In this document: piece after piece, positions 9,779-18,601 of the stretch
Layout: each line of letters begins with the position of its first letter
Numbering within the stretch: the stretch's first letter is position 1
Source: an uncultured Planctomycetia bacterium
Lineage (GTDB): Bacteria; Omnitrophota; Gorgyraeia; VGKH01; JBHPFN01
Assembly (NCBI GenBank): GCA_964406665.1
Contig: CAYOSQ010000001.1
Coordinates: 135,412-199,411, forward strand
DNA: 64,000 bases
Direction: 5' to 3'
Position numbers and translations under genes: made by a program
Notes under the pieces: model-generated
Database searches by the model: none
Told to the model about the DNA's origin: nothing
The model's input: only the letters and a program-made list of their open reading frames with translations

Positions 9779-10710
9779 AAGAAAAAGAATCCAAGAAAAA
9801 TAATGATTTTCGCTGTGGCTTTGTTGCCGTTGTGGGTAGGCCTAATTCTGGAAAGTCTACGCTGATTAATAAGATTTTAGGTAAGAAAATTGCCATTGTT
9901 ACCAGAGTGCCTCAAACAACCCGTAATGCTATACGCGCAATATACAATAGTAAAAATGCTCAAATAATATTTGTAGATACTCCGGGCATGCATGCGCCTA
10001 AAGATAGGCTGGGAAAATTAATGAACAGAACCGGCCAACAGACAGCGAATGACGCAGATGTTATATTACATTTGATGGATACATCCAAAGCTCCGGGAAA
10101 AGAAGAAGAGGTAATCGTCAAAGAGCTGGATAAGAAAAACAAACCAATTATCCTAGGCCTTAATAAAGTAGATTTGGAAGGAAAATATATTCAAGAATAT
10201 ATTGAATTATGGCAACGCATAACAGGCAAAGACATTAATAAATTAGGTAGTGAAATAATGCTAATGCCTTTATCTGGATTGACCGGAATACACATAAAAG
10301 AATTAATTGATGCTATAATTGATTTTCTACCAGAATCAGTTGCTTTGTATCCGCAAGATGCTGTTTCAGATTTTCCTGAGAGGCTTTTTATGGCTGAGAT
10401 TGTTCGAGAAAAGCTGTTTAATCTTTTAAGAGAAGAGATTCCTTTTGGCCTTAGCGTTAGCGTGGAAGAAGTGGAGGAGAGAAAGAAAAATATACTTGCT
10501 GTTTACATGGCGATAGTAGTTAGTAGGGAATCTCAGAAAAAGATTGTAATCGGGAAGAGAGGAAGCATATTAAAGAAGGCAGGGACGCAGGCTCGAAAAG
10601 AGCTTGAAAAGACGCTCAAGAGAAAAATATATTTAGAGCTTTATGTAAAGATTCGCAGGGACTGGAGAGAAAATACTCAAATATTACAAGAGTTAGGAGT
10701 TATTGATTGA
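9775..10710 (+). CDS. era: GTPase Era
   Basis: GFVAVVGRPNSGKSTLIN P-loop, DTPG, NKVD and a C-terminal KH domain. 311 aa. Confidence 0.9.
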   Translation: MKEKESKKNNDFRCGFVAVVGRPNSGKSTLINKILGKKIAIVTRVPQTTRNAIRAIYNSKNAQIIFVDTPGMHAPKDRLGKLMNRTGQQTANDADVILHLMDTSKAPGKEEEVIVKELDKKNKPIILGLNKVDLEGKYIQEYIELWQRITGKDINKLGSEIMLMPLSGLTGIHIKELIDAIIDFLPESVALYPQDAVSDFPERLFMAEIVREKLFNLLREEIPFGLSVSVEEVEERKKNILAVYMAIVVSRESQKKIVIGKRGSILKKAGTQARKELEKTLKRKIYLELYVKIRRDWRENTQILQELGVID

Positions 10711-10752
10711 TGTGTTTTAATATAAGATCTTGAGAAGGTTTCCTAAATAATC

Positions 10753-13149
10753 TTATTCTCCAGCTGTATAAAGCCCAGCGGGATGATGTGAAAAATTATA
10801 GTCGTTATCTACCAAACGAATTGTTATGCTAGCAAAATACCCAGGAAGTTCTCCGGGAGGTAATACATCTGGAGTGTAACGTGTTTCGTATTGGAATATA
10901 TTGTTTGATGAACTCGGACCATGAGAAGTCATGTCCCACGGCCAGCCCGCAAGTCCTTCGCTTCTGCAGGGTGATCCGGGAAAAGCAGAAGTAAATTCTG
11001 GGTTAGTACATTTTCTGGATTTGTTCCAATCAAAGATAGGCCAGCTAGAACCCTCGTCAAATTCTTTCCATTCAAAGTTGTTGTTTTCCAGATTAATAAA
11101 AGAACCAACTACTTTCCTGGTATATCCTGATTCTCCCCATCTTTCTAGCACTGCAGGTGGGTATGCTCTATAGCCGACAATAGAAACATAGTATTCAACA
11201 ATACCATTGTCATCTTCTCCGGCAACAGGAGCCATCTCGTCTTCATATAGCATTTCCCAATGGCCTTCATGCCAATCTTCATCTTCTACATAAGGATAAT
11301 CTGGATTATGAATTGTGTAAGGCAGCCCTCCTTCTGTAATTCCTGCGATACGTTCCATTTCATCAAGAAAACTTTCAGATACCGTAAAAGCCCTTTTTGC
11401 AGCGATTATTGCTGAAGGCTGCCAGTCATGACCTGCTTCTCCAACGTTATAATCACCCATGAGATAGATATTTTCTCTGGAAACTGTTGTTAGCGGCGCT
11501 AGTAGTGAGCGAGCCTTTGCTAGTGCTAGGTCGTAATCAGAATAAACAACACCATTTTGTGGCCAGATTCCATCAGTCTTCATTCTGTAAACATCTAGAG
11601 AGATAATATTTTCTTTTAATTGCCAGCTGTTGGTGTCGTGAAAAGAACGGTTGCGAGCTATCGTTTTGCCGCTGACGGGGCTTACATAGTCTCCATCAGG
11701 CTCAGGGCATATTAATAGTGGTTCAGGTTGTCCTTCTATATGAACTTGTATAGCAATTTCTTTGCTACATTCTTCAAAATTATTTATATACATACCCTCT
11801 GACTGAGCTTGGTTGAAATAAGTTGCTGAGTTAATTCGCGGAGGAGTAATGTGTTCAGCACCGGTATTGTGTTCAAGTATAACACCATCTAAAGAAGTGG
11901 GCATCCAGTCTTGCCAAGCACCAAGCTGCTCATAAGTGTTCGTAAAGTTAGCAGGTATATCTACAGGACTAACTGGATTAGGGTAGTAGTAACGAGTACC
12001 GCCCCACCAAAGGCCACCGCTTGTTCTCCAGAAGAGATCCCAGTCATAACTAGAACTAAGCCTTGTCGGGATTCTTTCTTCTGGCTGCCCGTTGGCGTTA
12101 ATCCTTACAGAGCGGTGGTACCGTTCTCCCGGAGCAGCATCTCCATAAATATAGTAATCACTATACATGTAAAGATCTTCGTTAATTAAATTTGGGTCAT
12201 GTCCTGTGGCAAGCTCACAGTTTCCTTCAGGAAGAATACAGTTAGCAAAGTCGCCTTCACAAGTTGCATATAGCTCGTTGCCAGGGCCAGCAGGGAGCTC
12301 ACCATTAAATGCGGGATTATCCATAAATAGTCCACTTCTTTCGCCGTAGACTTTTCCATCATGATGATGATAGTAGTCGTATTCCTCACCATTTAAATTC
12401 TGTGGGTCCCACCAGGGGTCACGCATCCAGTAGAGTATGTCATTCCAAGAAGGAGCATCGCCAATGACGTTACCATATTGATCATATGCTACATCTTCAG
12501 GAGGCATATAGGCATATGTGTTGTAGCTGATATATTGAGCAGCTTCTAATGTATTGATATTTTGAATAACTACACTATCAGCAAATTTTAGATTTCCGTT
12601 TGTGTGAATACTACCGCCTTCAGCTAAAAAAGTTGTCCAACCCATATACATACTGTAAGGACTAAACCAAAAGTATTCATACAGAGTGCTGATTGATACT
12701 TTAGCAGCCATGAGGTATGAGTTATCGGTTGTATCGCTTACGCCTCTGGCTAGAATAGCGAACTGTCCGTCTCCTTCATCTAGGTAGACTTTGGTAAAGA
12801 ATTTATCGTTTAAGGCTTTGTATTCTCCTGTTCCACCATCATGTTCTGCAATTGTGTCTAAAAAAACATGTAGAGGAGTACCGTAATCATATAAGAAAGT
12901 AGGGTCGGTATCCTCGGGGTCGAAGTAATGCGTTTTCCAGCTTGTGCCGTGATTTATTAGTTCGTAGTAGGCACACTCGAATCCTTTTTCAGCATTATAC
13001 TTTGCGCTAAGATCGCCGTAATTTTCACGAGCAATCAAATCTTCATTAATACTTTTTGCAAAGATAGCAGCAGAGAGAATTGTAAGCACTATAATAGTTG
13101 CAAAAGAACCAACGAGTAAGAAACCACATTTATTTCTTAGTCTTATCAT
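10753..13149 (-). CDS. Large secreted PilX-N-like (non-canonical pseudopilin-type N-terminus) putative pilus tip or adhesin protein, copy 2
   Basis: N-terminal MIRLRNKCGFLLVGSFATIIVLTILSAAIF resembles the PilX_N or GspK-type hydrophobic anchor. The roughly 770-aa body is rich in Trp/Tyr/Asp. It is paralogous (about 35% identity, shared blocks such as HTNGNLKF and GDYNVGE) to the ORF at 14815..17115. Confidence 0.55.
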   Translation of the reverse strand: MIRLRNKCGFLLVGSFATIIVLTILSAAIFAKSINEDLIARENYGDLSAKYNAEKGFECAYYELINHGTSWKTHYFDPEDTDPTFLYDYGTPLHVFLDTIAEHDGGTGEYKALNDKFFTKVYLDEGDGQFAILARGVSDTTDNSYLMAAKVSISTLYEYFWFSPYSMYMGWTTFLAEGGSIHTNGNLKFADSVVIQNINTLEAAQYISYNTYAYMPPEDVAYDQYGNVIGDAPSWNDILYWMRDPWWDPQNLNGEEYDYYHHHDGKVYGERSGLFMDNPAFNGELPAGPGNELYATCEGDFANCILPEGNCELATGHDPNLINEDLYMYSDYYIYGDAAPGERYHRSVRINANGQPEERIPTRLSSSYDWDLFWRTSGGLWWGGTRYYYPNPVSPVDIPANFTNTYEQLGAWQDWMPTSLDGVILEHNTGAEHITPPRINSATYFNQAQSEGMYINNFEECSKEIAIQVHIEGQPEPLLICPEPDGDYVSPVSGKTIARNRSFHDTNSWQLKENIISLDVYRMKTDGIWPQNGVVYSDYDLALAKARSLLAPLTTVSRENIYLMGDYNVGEAGHDWQPSAIIAAKRAFTVSESFLDEMERIAGITEGGLPYTIHNPDYPYVEDEDWHEGHWEMLYEDEMAPVAGEDDNGIVEYYVSIVGYRAYPPAVLERWGESGYTRKVVGSFINLENNNFEWKEFDEGSSWPIFDWNKSRKCTNPEFTSAFPGSPCRSEGLAGWPWDMTSHGPSSSNNIFQYETRYTPDVLPPGELPGYFASITIRLVDNDYNFSHHPAGLYTAGE

Positions 13150-13185
13150 GATAATTACCTCTTTAGCTGTCTAGGAAAACACCAG

Positions 13186-14775
13186 CTAGTTTCTTAAAGT
13201 AACAGAGCTTGTAATAGAAAATTCAAAAGGACCTGACATCATAGAATCTTTTGATGCTTCAATGATTATATTGACAGAGTCCGGATTGCTATCTTTAGGA
13301 TTTCCGCTTTCATCAAAACCTTGGAAATCAACCCGTATTATATTATCTGCGACAACCGAGAATGTATAGTTGTCTATGCTTCCCATATCTTCGGCAAAAA
13401 CTAAATTCGAGAAGAATTTTTTTATAGCACAAAATGGAGGACAGCCTCCTGGGTCTCGACCCTGTGCTGGCAGATCTTTATTATGCACCAGATATCCATT
13501 AGCAAAGTAGTTGTGATATGGGTTTACTTCAATGTTGTAAACTATTATCTTTTCATCAACAGCTTCTATGCTGGTAATTGTTTCTTCTTTTCCTTCCTGG
13601 GTAAGAAGAATATCACCTTGTTTTAGCTTACCTGCTCTAACCCATGCACCATTAGCGAAGAAAGGATGTTCTGTTGTTACTTTGATGCCATCATTGATTA
13701 TCAGATACCCTTGGACCTCATGCATGAATACTTCTTTTACTGTGTCTCCTAGCTTAGTTCGAGAATTTTCACTATAAGAGGTTACTTTATCTCCTGTAAC
13801 TATATTTTCAATAAACTTGTTAGTGCCATCAGCCATAAGAATAGAAGTGCCGGGTAAGAGACAGCCTTTATTATGAGCTAATATGTTATCAGCATAATAT
13901 GTATGATAAGGGTTAACCTCAAGGTTGTATACCAACACAGGTTCTTCGATCCTTTCTATGCTGGTGATTGTTTCTTTAGAGCCGTTTACCTTGGTTAACT
14001 CATCACCTATATTAAGCAAGCCGATATCTACCCATCTACCTTTATGAAATACTGGGTGGTTAGGTGTTGCCTTGATGCGACCATTGATTAAAAGATAGTT
14101 ATCTTCTTCATGAATAAATGTTTCCACTACCTTATCAGACTTATTTTTACCAGATTCCTGATCATAGGCTAATACAGTGTCTCCTACTTTAATTGCTTCA
14201 ATATCTTTAGTTGAACCATCAGCTAAAAGAATAGGGGTACCTGCGAGAAAACAAGGATCGCATTCACCGCAGTCTAATTCACAAGTATTACAGTCTTCTC
14301 CAATCTCTGGTTCGCAGCCTTTGATGCCACAATGGTTAGTTGCTATTAAGCGCATAAGTCTTCCAGCGTTCGCGGAAGAAAAATTACTATGGGGTACTAA
14401 ATATACAACTTCTTCATTAAGAATACCATCAGCGCCCCATTTAATTTCTCCATAGGGATCTTCTTTATAATATGTGCCCGTGATAGGATCGTCAGTAATC
14501 TGCGGTGTCTGTAATTTTATAAGATGTCCGATACAGGTATTAACGTGTTCTCCGGTACACTCTTCAATAAAAACATGACCGGAATCTGATTGTTCTAGCT
14601 CTTTGACCATGCGTTCCATTGAGTAGCGGGCCTTCTGTTGTAGGTCAACCATTGAAGAACTTCTAATCCAGGTATTTCTTCCTATTATAATAGTACCGAT
14701 AACAATACCAAGTATAAATATTGCTATAACAACAGTTGCCATAGTTTCAGAAAGGGTAAATGCTTTTCTGTTCAT
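13186..14775 (-). CDS. Prepilin-type N-terminal domain protein with Cys-rich repeats and two tandem Hint (bacterial intein-like, BIL) domains, copy 2
   Basis: N-terminus MNRKAFTLSETMATVVIAIFILGIV is a type IV pilin-like leader plus hydrophobic helix, with Ala at -1 and a conserved Glu+5. A Cys-rich EGF-like segment (CGIKGCEPEIGEDCNTCELDCGECDPC) follows. Two Hint modules each have an N-terminal Cys (CFLAGTPIL, CLLPGTSIL), a TxxH block (TPNHPVF, TEHPFF) and a terminal HN (LAHN, LVHN), then Lys rather than a nucleophile. Confidence 0.7.
   Translation of the reverse strand: MNRKAFTLSETMATVVIAIFILGIVIGTIIIGRNTWIRSSSMVDLQQKARYSMERMVKELEQSDSGHVFIEECTGEHVNTCIGHLIKLQTPQITDDPITGTYYKEDPYGEIKWGADGILNEEVVYLVPHSNFSSANAGRLMRLIATNHCGIKGCEPEIGEDCNTCELDCGECDPCFLAGTPILLADGSTKDIEAIKVGDTVLAYDQESGKNKSDKVVETFIHEEDNYLLINGRIKATPNHPVFHKGRWVDIGLLNIGDELTKVNGSKETITSIERIEEPVLVYNLEVNPYHTYYADNILAHNKGCLLPGTSILMADGTNKFIENIVTGDKVTSYSENSRTKLGDTVKEVFMHEVQGYLIINDGIKVTTEHPFFANGAWVRAGKLKQGDILLTQEGKEETITSIEAVDEKIIVYNIEVNPYHNYFANGYLVHNKDLPAQGRDPGGCPPFCAIKKFFSNLVFAEDMGSIDNYTFSVVADNIIRVDFQGFDESGNPKDSNPDSVNIIIEASKDSMMSGPFEFSITSSVTLRN
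13468..13868. repeat. About 400 bp direct repeat, roughly 95% identical to 17436..17836 (Hint-domain cassette shared by the two pilin-BIL genes)
   Basis: Direct sequence comparison shows long identical runs, e.g. gcagatctttattatgcaccagatatccattagcaaagtag. Antisense ORFs at 13568..13777 and 17536..17730 translate almost identically. Confidence 0.8.
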
Positions 14776-14814
14776 TCCTTGTCCCCCCTTGTTAGTTTAT
14801 ATGATATCACAGTA

Positions 14815-17115
14815 TTAATAATATTTAACATAATAATAATTGAATTCAGAGAGAGGTATTTCCATGTAGATTTGTTCGGTGAAACCAACATAATCTTCTG
14901 GAGGATACTCGCCTGTTTCATTGTATGATTTATCATATTTGAATTCGTTATTTGCAGCATAAGGACCAATGGCACCCATTGAACTTGGCCAGCCAGGGTT
15001 TGTGCGTTCTGGTCTGGCGACAGTGTTATCATATTGGCCTGGATTTCCAAAATCTTCTTCACTGATTCTTATCTTGGAACCAAGGACAGTTCTTTTACGC
15101 TGCGTCCAATTGCTAGGAGTGTTATTTAAATCTCCCACATCTTGATAAAAGCTCCAGTTTTCTAAAACCTTGGGTTCATAAGCACGGTGACCGATAGCAG
15201 AAATATTATAGGTATAGTCTTTATCTACATTATTGGCAACTGTTCCGTCATATATCGGCAGAGTTAACGGAGGAGGTTTTTCCAGCTCTTGGCATACCTC
15301 TTCTTTTGGATCGCAAGGCGGAGGATAGGCCTCTGGGTTATCTTTTAAATTAGCCATCCAGTTGTATCTATCACCAGGGTCTGCTGTTAAATCCCAGTTA
15401 GGTTCATAGGGATATTCAATATGAAATCTGGTTATTGGTAGAGCACTAGGATAGTTAAACACATCAGATAAAGTATATAAATCCATTGCACAGATTGCTG
15501 CAGAAGGTTGTTTATCAGTTGCGAGATCACCAATGTTATAATCTCCTTTTAAATGCAAGTTTTTCTCAGTTATCCAGGTAACCCCACCTTCTGGTAAAAC
15601 TTCGGCATTATCAACAACTATATTAGCTTCGGAATAGATTAATCCGTTTCCAGGAGAATTTCCGGATGCAAGCAGTTCGGAAAAATTAAATTCTGTTACG
15701 ATGTTTTCTTGCATGCTGTGAGTGTTTATAAAAGTTTTAATTTCTGCCACAAGGTGTCCGCCTATCCATACTTCTCCTGAGGCATCAGATGGATATGAAA
15801 CGCGCGCAATCTGTACGCTGATTTCAGTTCCGTCTTCGTTTGACCCGATATATATACCTGCATCTTGAGCTGCATCTGCATAGTTTGAAGCGGCTACTGA
15901 CAAGGGTTCAATGTATTCTGCTCCAGAAGAGTAATCTTTTATAACTCCGGCTAGATTTGGTTCTGAAGCTGTATAATCAGATAGAGCTTGGGCTTGTGAA
16001 GCAAAAGAAGTGTTTAGCCATTTAACTGTTATTTCTGATTCTGGGAATCCCCAGGCTTCAGTAATGCTCCAGTATTTGTTTATGGTGTATGGTGCCTCTA
16101 ACCTGTTGGGAAGTCTGGTTTCGTTAATCCAGGCAATCCTGTCATCGTCAGCATAGTTTTCTGGGGCTTCATCAGGAAGGGGAGGATCTGGGTCAATATC
16201 AGGATCCCAGATTGCCTGAGCGGCATTGCGAATATTATACTTATCTCCATACACATGTCCATAAGATCTATTTTCGTATGAATACTCTGAAAACATTCCT
16301 CCTGAATATGTTTCTAAAGATTCTCCGGAATCTGGCTCGTAATTTGCTGAAGTCCAAGGTGCATGATTATATTTATAGTAGCTTCTCCAGGTTTCATGTG
16401 GGCAGTCTGTACATCCGGGAGTTTCATCCATGAAGTCATCGATGAATTCATAGGGAAGCCATGACTTGGCATAATATTGAATATAATCTTTTGCAGAAAA
16501 TTCACTAACATTAAAAATTTCAACGGAGTTCTGAAATATGAAGCTTCCATTAGTATGCATCCTTCCACCGTCAGCAAGCCATGTTCTACTACTTAAATAA
16601 TATGTTGAAGGAGAAAACAAAAAATAATCATAAAGAGATTGTGAGATAGTTTTAGACATAAATATTCTTTCAGTGCCTTGATTTTCACTTAGTCCTTTGG
16701 AATATATAAAATAGTCATCACTTGAAGGGCTTTTAAAAACTTTTACAGCAAAGTCTAGCCCTAACCCAGATCCTTTAGAAATATAGCATCCGTAGGTAGG
16801 ACTTTCTGGATCTTCATCTATCGCGGTTAATCCAGATAGCGTTACCGTTGGAACAGTGCCTGTGGGAACAAGCAGGCCATCTGCCTTTACCGTATGAGTA
16901 ACCCAATTGAGACTATGTGAAATTTCATATCTTGCCAAATTCAATCCGGCATCTGCAGCACACTTAGATTCTATATTACTTTGTTGCCTGCGTATGTTTA
17001 AGTTGTCGTTTGCTATTCTAAAAAAGAATGCTGTGGCCAATACAGAAAGTGCTGTAACAACAATGTAAGTGCCAATGAGTACAAAACCCTTTTTGTTAAG
17101 TATTTTTACGTTCAT
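14815..17115 (-). CDS. Large secreted PilX-N-like putative pilus tip or adhesin protein, copy 1
   Basis: N-terminal MNVKILNKKGFVLIGTYIVVTALSVLATAFFF (PilX_N-like). 766 aa and paralogous to 10753..13149. Follows the pilin-BIL gene by 27 nt on the same strand. Confidence 0.55.
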   Translation of the reverse strand: MNVKILNKKGFVLIGTYIVVTALSVLATAFFFRIANDNLNIRRQQSNIESKCAADAGLNLARYEISHSLNWVTHTVKADGLLVPTGTVPTVTLSGLTAIDEDPESPTYGCYISKGSGLGLDFAVKVFKSPSSDDYFIYSKGLSENQGTERIFMSKTISQSLYDYFLFSPSTYYLSSRTWLADGGRMHTNGSFIFQNSVEIFNVSEFSAKDYIQYYAKSWLPYEFIDDFMDETPGCTDCPHETWRSYYKYNHAPWTSANYEPDSGESLETYSGGMFSEYSYENRSYGHVYGDKYNIRNAAQAIWDPDIDPDPPLPDEAPENYADDDRIAWINETRLPNRLEAPYTINKYWSITEAWGFPESEITVKWLNTSFASQAQALSDYTASEPNLAGVIKDYSSGAEYIEPLSVAASNYADAAQDAGIYIGSNEDGTEISVQIARVSYPSDASGEVWIGGHLVAEIKTFINTHSMQENIVTEFNFSELLASGNSPGNGLIYSEANIVVDNAEVLPEGGVTWITEKNLHLKGDYNIGDLATDKQPSAAICAMDLYTLSDVFNYPSALPITRFHIEYPYEPNWDLTADPGDRYNWMANLKDNPEAYPPPCDPKEEVCQELEKPPPLTLPIYDGTVANNVDKDYTYNISAIGHRAYEPKVLENWSFYQDVGDLNNTPSNWTQRKRTVLGSKIRISEEDFGNPGQYDNTVARPERTNPGWPSSMGAIGPYAANNEFKYDKSYNETGEYPPEDYVGFTEQIYMEIPLSEFNYYYVKYY

Positions 17116-17141
17116 TTTACCCCTCGCTTTTAGATGGCAAT

Positions 17142-18419
17142 TTATTCATTTACATTTACTGCTGAATGTAATGTTACCTCTAGCTCTCTACCGAGTAGAA
17201 ATATATTCTTTTTAGCCAAAATAGTTATTTTTATTACTTCCGGATTTGCTGCATCCGGTATTGCTGTAAATGTTATCCTATCTATATTTTGAGTGAGAAC
17301 ACGTTCTCCATAAAGCATGTCCGCATATGCGCATGGTGTTAAAAATATTGATCTAAAGAATTTATTAAGCGATGTCCAATCACCACAGTCTGGTGGGCAA
17401 TCGCCACCCCGGAGTTCCATCTGATAGTGCATCGCGGGCAGATCTTTATTATGCACCAGATATCCATTAGCAAAGTAGTTATGATATGGGTTTACTTCAA
17501 TGTTGTAAACTATTATCTTCTCATCAACAGCTTCTATGCTGGTAATTGTTTCTTCTTTTTCTTCCTGGGTAAGAAGAATATCACCTTGTTTTAGCTTACC
17601 TGCTTTAACCCATGCACCATTAGCGAAGAAAGGATGTTCTGCTGTTGTTTTGATATTATCATTGATTATCAGATATCCTTGGACCTCATGCATGAATACT
17701 TCCTTTACTATATCTTCCAGCTTAACTTGAGAGTCTTCATCATAAGAGGTTACTTTATCTCCTGTAACTATATCTTCAATAAATTTGTTAGTGCCATCAG
17801 CCATAAGAATAGAGGTGCCTGGCAAGAGACAGCCGGGATGGCAGGGACCGCAATCTGTTGAACAGGTACTGCAGGTTTCTCCTAGCTCTGGCTCACATAT
17901 TTCATTGCCGCAATGAGCAGGATTACATTCTCCGCAGTCTGGAATGCATTCATCGCAAATTTCGTAAGGGGTTTCGCATACCTCGTTTCCACAAACTGGA
18001 TCGATTGGTTGTTTTCTTACTAAACTGCCTTGATTTTCTCCTTGAGCCGGAACATAGTAGTAACCAAATTCATCAGGCCATCCATCAATACCCCATTTGA
18101 TTTGACCGGATTCATCATAATATGTTCCTGCTACTGGATCGTTGGTTATAATCGGGGCCTGAAATTCAATTACATCTCCTACACATTCAGTTTCTATGCA
18201 TCCAGTAACTGTGATGTGATCTGCATCTAGAGATTTTAATTCGTTTACAATTCTATCCATTGCAAACCGTGTAGATTGTGTCAGATCAGCATATGCAGAA
18301 TTAGTTAAGAATGTATCGCGACCAACTACAAGGGTTGAGGTAATCATTAAACCAATACCAACACAAATCGCCGTTACAACTAATCCTTCAAAAAGTGTGA
18401 AAGCTTTTCTATTCATCAC
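17142..18419 (-). CDS. Prepilin-type N-terminal domain protein with Cys-rich repeats and one Hint (BIL) domain, copy 1
   Basis: N-terminus MMNRKAFTLFEGLVVTAICVGIGLM (prepilin-like). Long Cys-rich stretch (CGNEVCETPYEICDECIPDCGECNPAHCGNEICEPELGETCSTCSTDCGPCHPGC). Hint domain CLLPGTSILMADG...TAEHPFF...LVHNKD. AGGAGG RBS upstream. First gene downstream of the riboswitch. Confidence 0.7.
   Translation of the reverse strand: MMNRKAFTLFEGLVVTAICVGIGLMITSTLVVGRDTFLTNSAYADLTQSTRFAMDRIVNELKSLDADHITVTGCIETECVGDVIEFQAPIITNDPVAGTYYDESGQIKWGIDGWPDEFGYYYVPAQGENQGSLVRKQPIDPVCGNEVCETPYEICDECIPDCGECNPAHCGNEICEPELGETCSTCSTDCGPCHPGCLLPGTSILMADGTNKFIEDIVTGDKVTSYDEDSQVKLEDIVKEVFMHEVQGYLIINDNIKTTAEHPFFANGAWVKAGKLKQGDILLTQEEKEETITSIEAVDEKIIVYNIEVNPYHNYFANGYLVHNKDLPAMHYQMELRGGDCPPDCGDWTSLNKFFRSIFLTPCAYADMLYGERVLTQNIDRITFTAIPDAANPEVIKITILAKKNIFLLGRELEVTLHSAVNVNE
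17436..17836. repeat. About 400 bp direct repeat, roughly 95% identical to 13468..13868
   Basis: See the paired repeat entry. Covers the Hint domain of copy 1. Confidence 0.8.
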
Positions 18420-18439
18420 AACCTCCTTTTAAATATCAT

Positions 18440-18572
18440 CTTAAGATTAAAAAACCCATCCAACTATAATGGATGGGCTCAATGCCACATTTCTTGTTGG
18501 CAACCCGGCTATCCTTTTACAAGGATCCTTGGTTTTGTGCCCCACCCTTACAGATGGTTTACCCTTTTTCAA
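18440..18572 (-). promoter_or_regulatory. c-di-GMP-I (GEMM) riboswitch aptamer plus intrinsic-terminator expression platform in the 5' leader of the pilin-BIL/PilX-like operon
   Basis: Minus-strand RNA reads GGGUAAACCAUCUGUAAGGGUGGGGCACAAAACCAAGGAUCCUUGUAAAAGGAUAGCCGGGUUGCC. The Vc2 GEMM consensus is GGCAAACCAUUCGAAAGAGUGGGACGCAAAGCC...AGCGGGGUUACC; the GNRA tetraloop, the GGGxCxCAAAxCC core and the AGCCGGGUUxCC 3' element are conserved. Immediately 3' is GAGCCCAUCC-AUUAUAGUU-GGAUGGG-UUUUUU (7-bp GC-rich stem plus U6) about 20 nt before the RBS and start codon. Confidence 0.8.
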
Positions 18573-18601
18573 CAAGCTATTTTACTATATCTTGTAGTCA
18601 A

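Noticed and set aside
13186-18419. Hint domains interpreted as true (mini-)inteins interrupting host genes
   Set aside because: There is no +1 Cys/Ser/Thr after the terminal HN (Lys follows) and no endonuclease insert. The flanks are secreted pilin-like and Cys-rich sequence, not a conserved housekeeping extein. A bacterial intein-like domain is the better call.
10753-18419. Tandem duplicated block as a mobile element or IS-mediated duplication
   Set aside because: No transposase, integrase, inverted terminal repeats or target-site duplications were found. The large paralogs are only about 35% identical, indicating an old duplication with a recent localised gene-conversion patch.
18440-18471. 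Hairpin plus U-tract at 18440-18471 (minus strand) as the terminator of an upstream gene
   Set aside because: No gene ends upstream on that strand. The hairpin lies immediately 3' of the GEMM aptamer and shares sequence with its closing helix, so it is assigned as the riboswitch expression platform.
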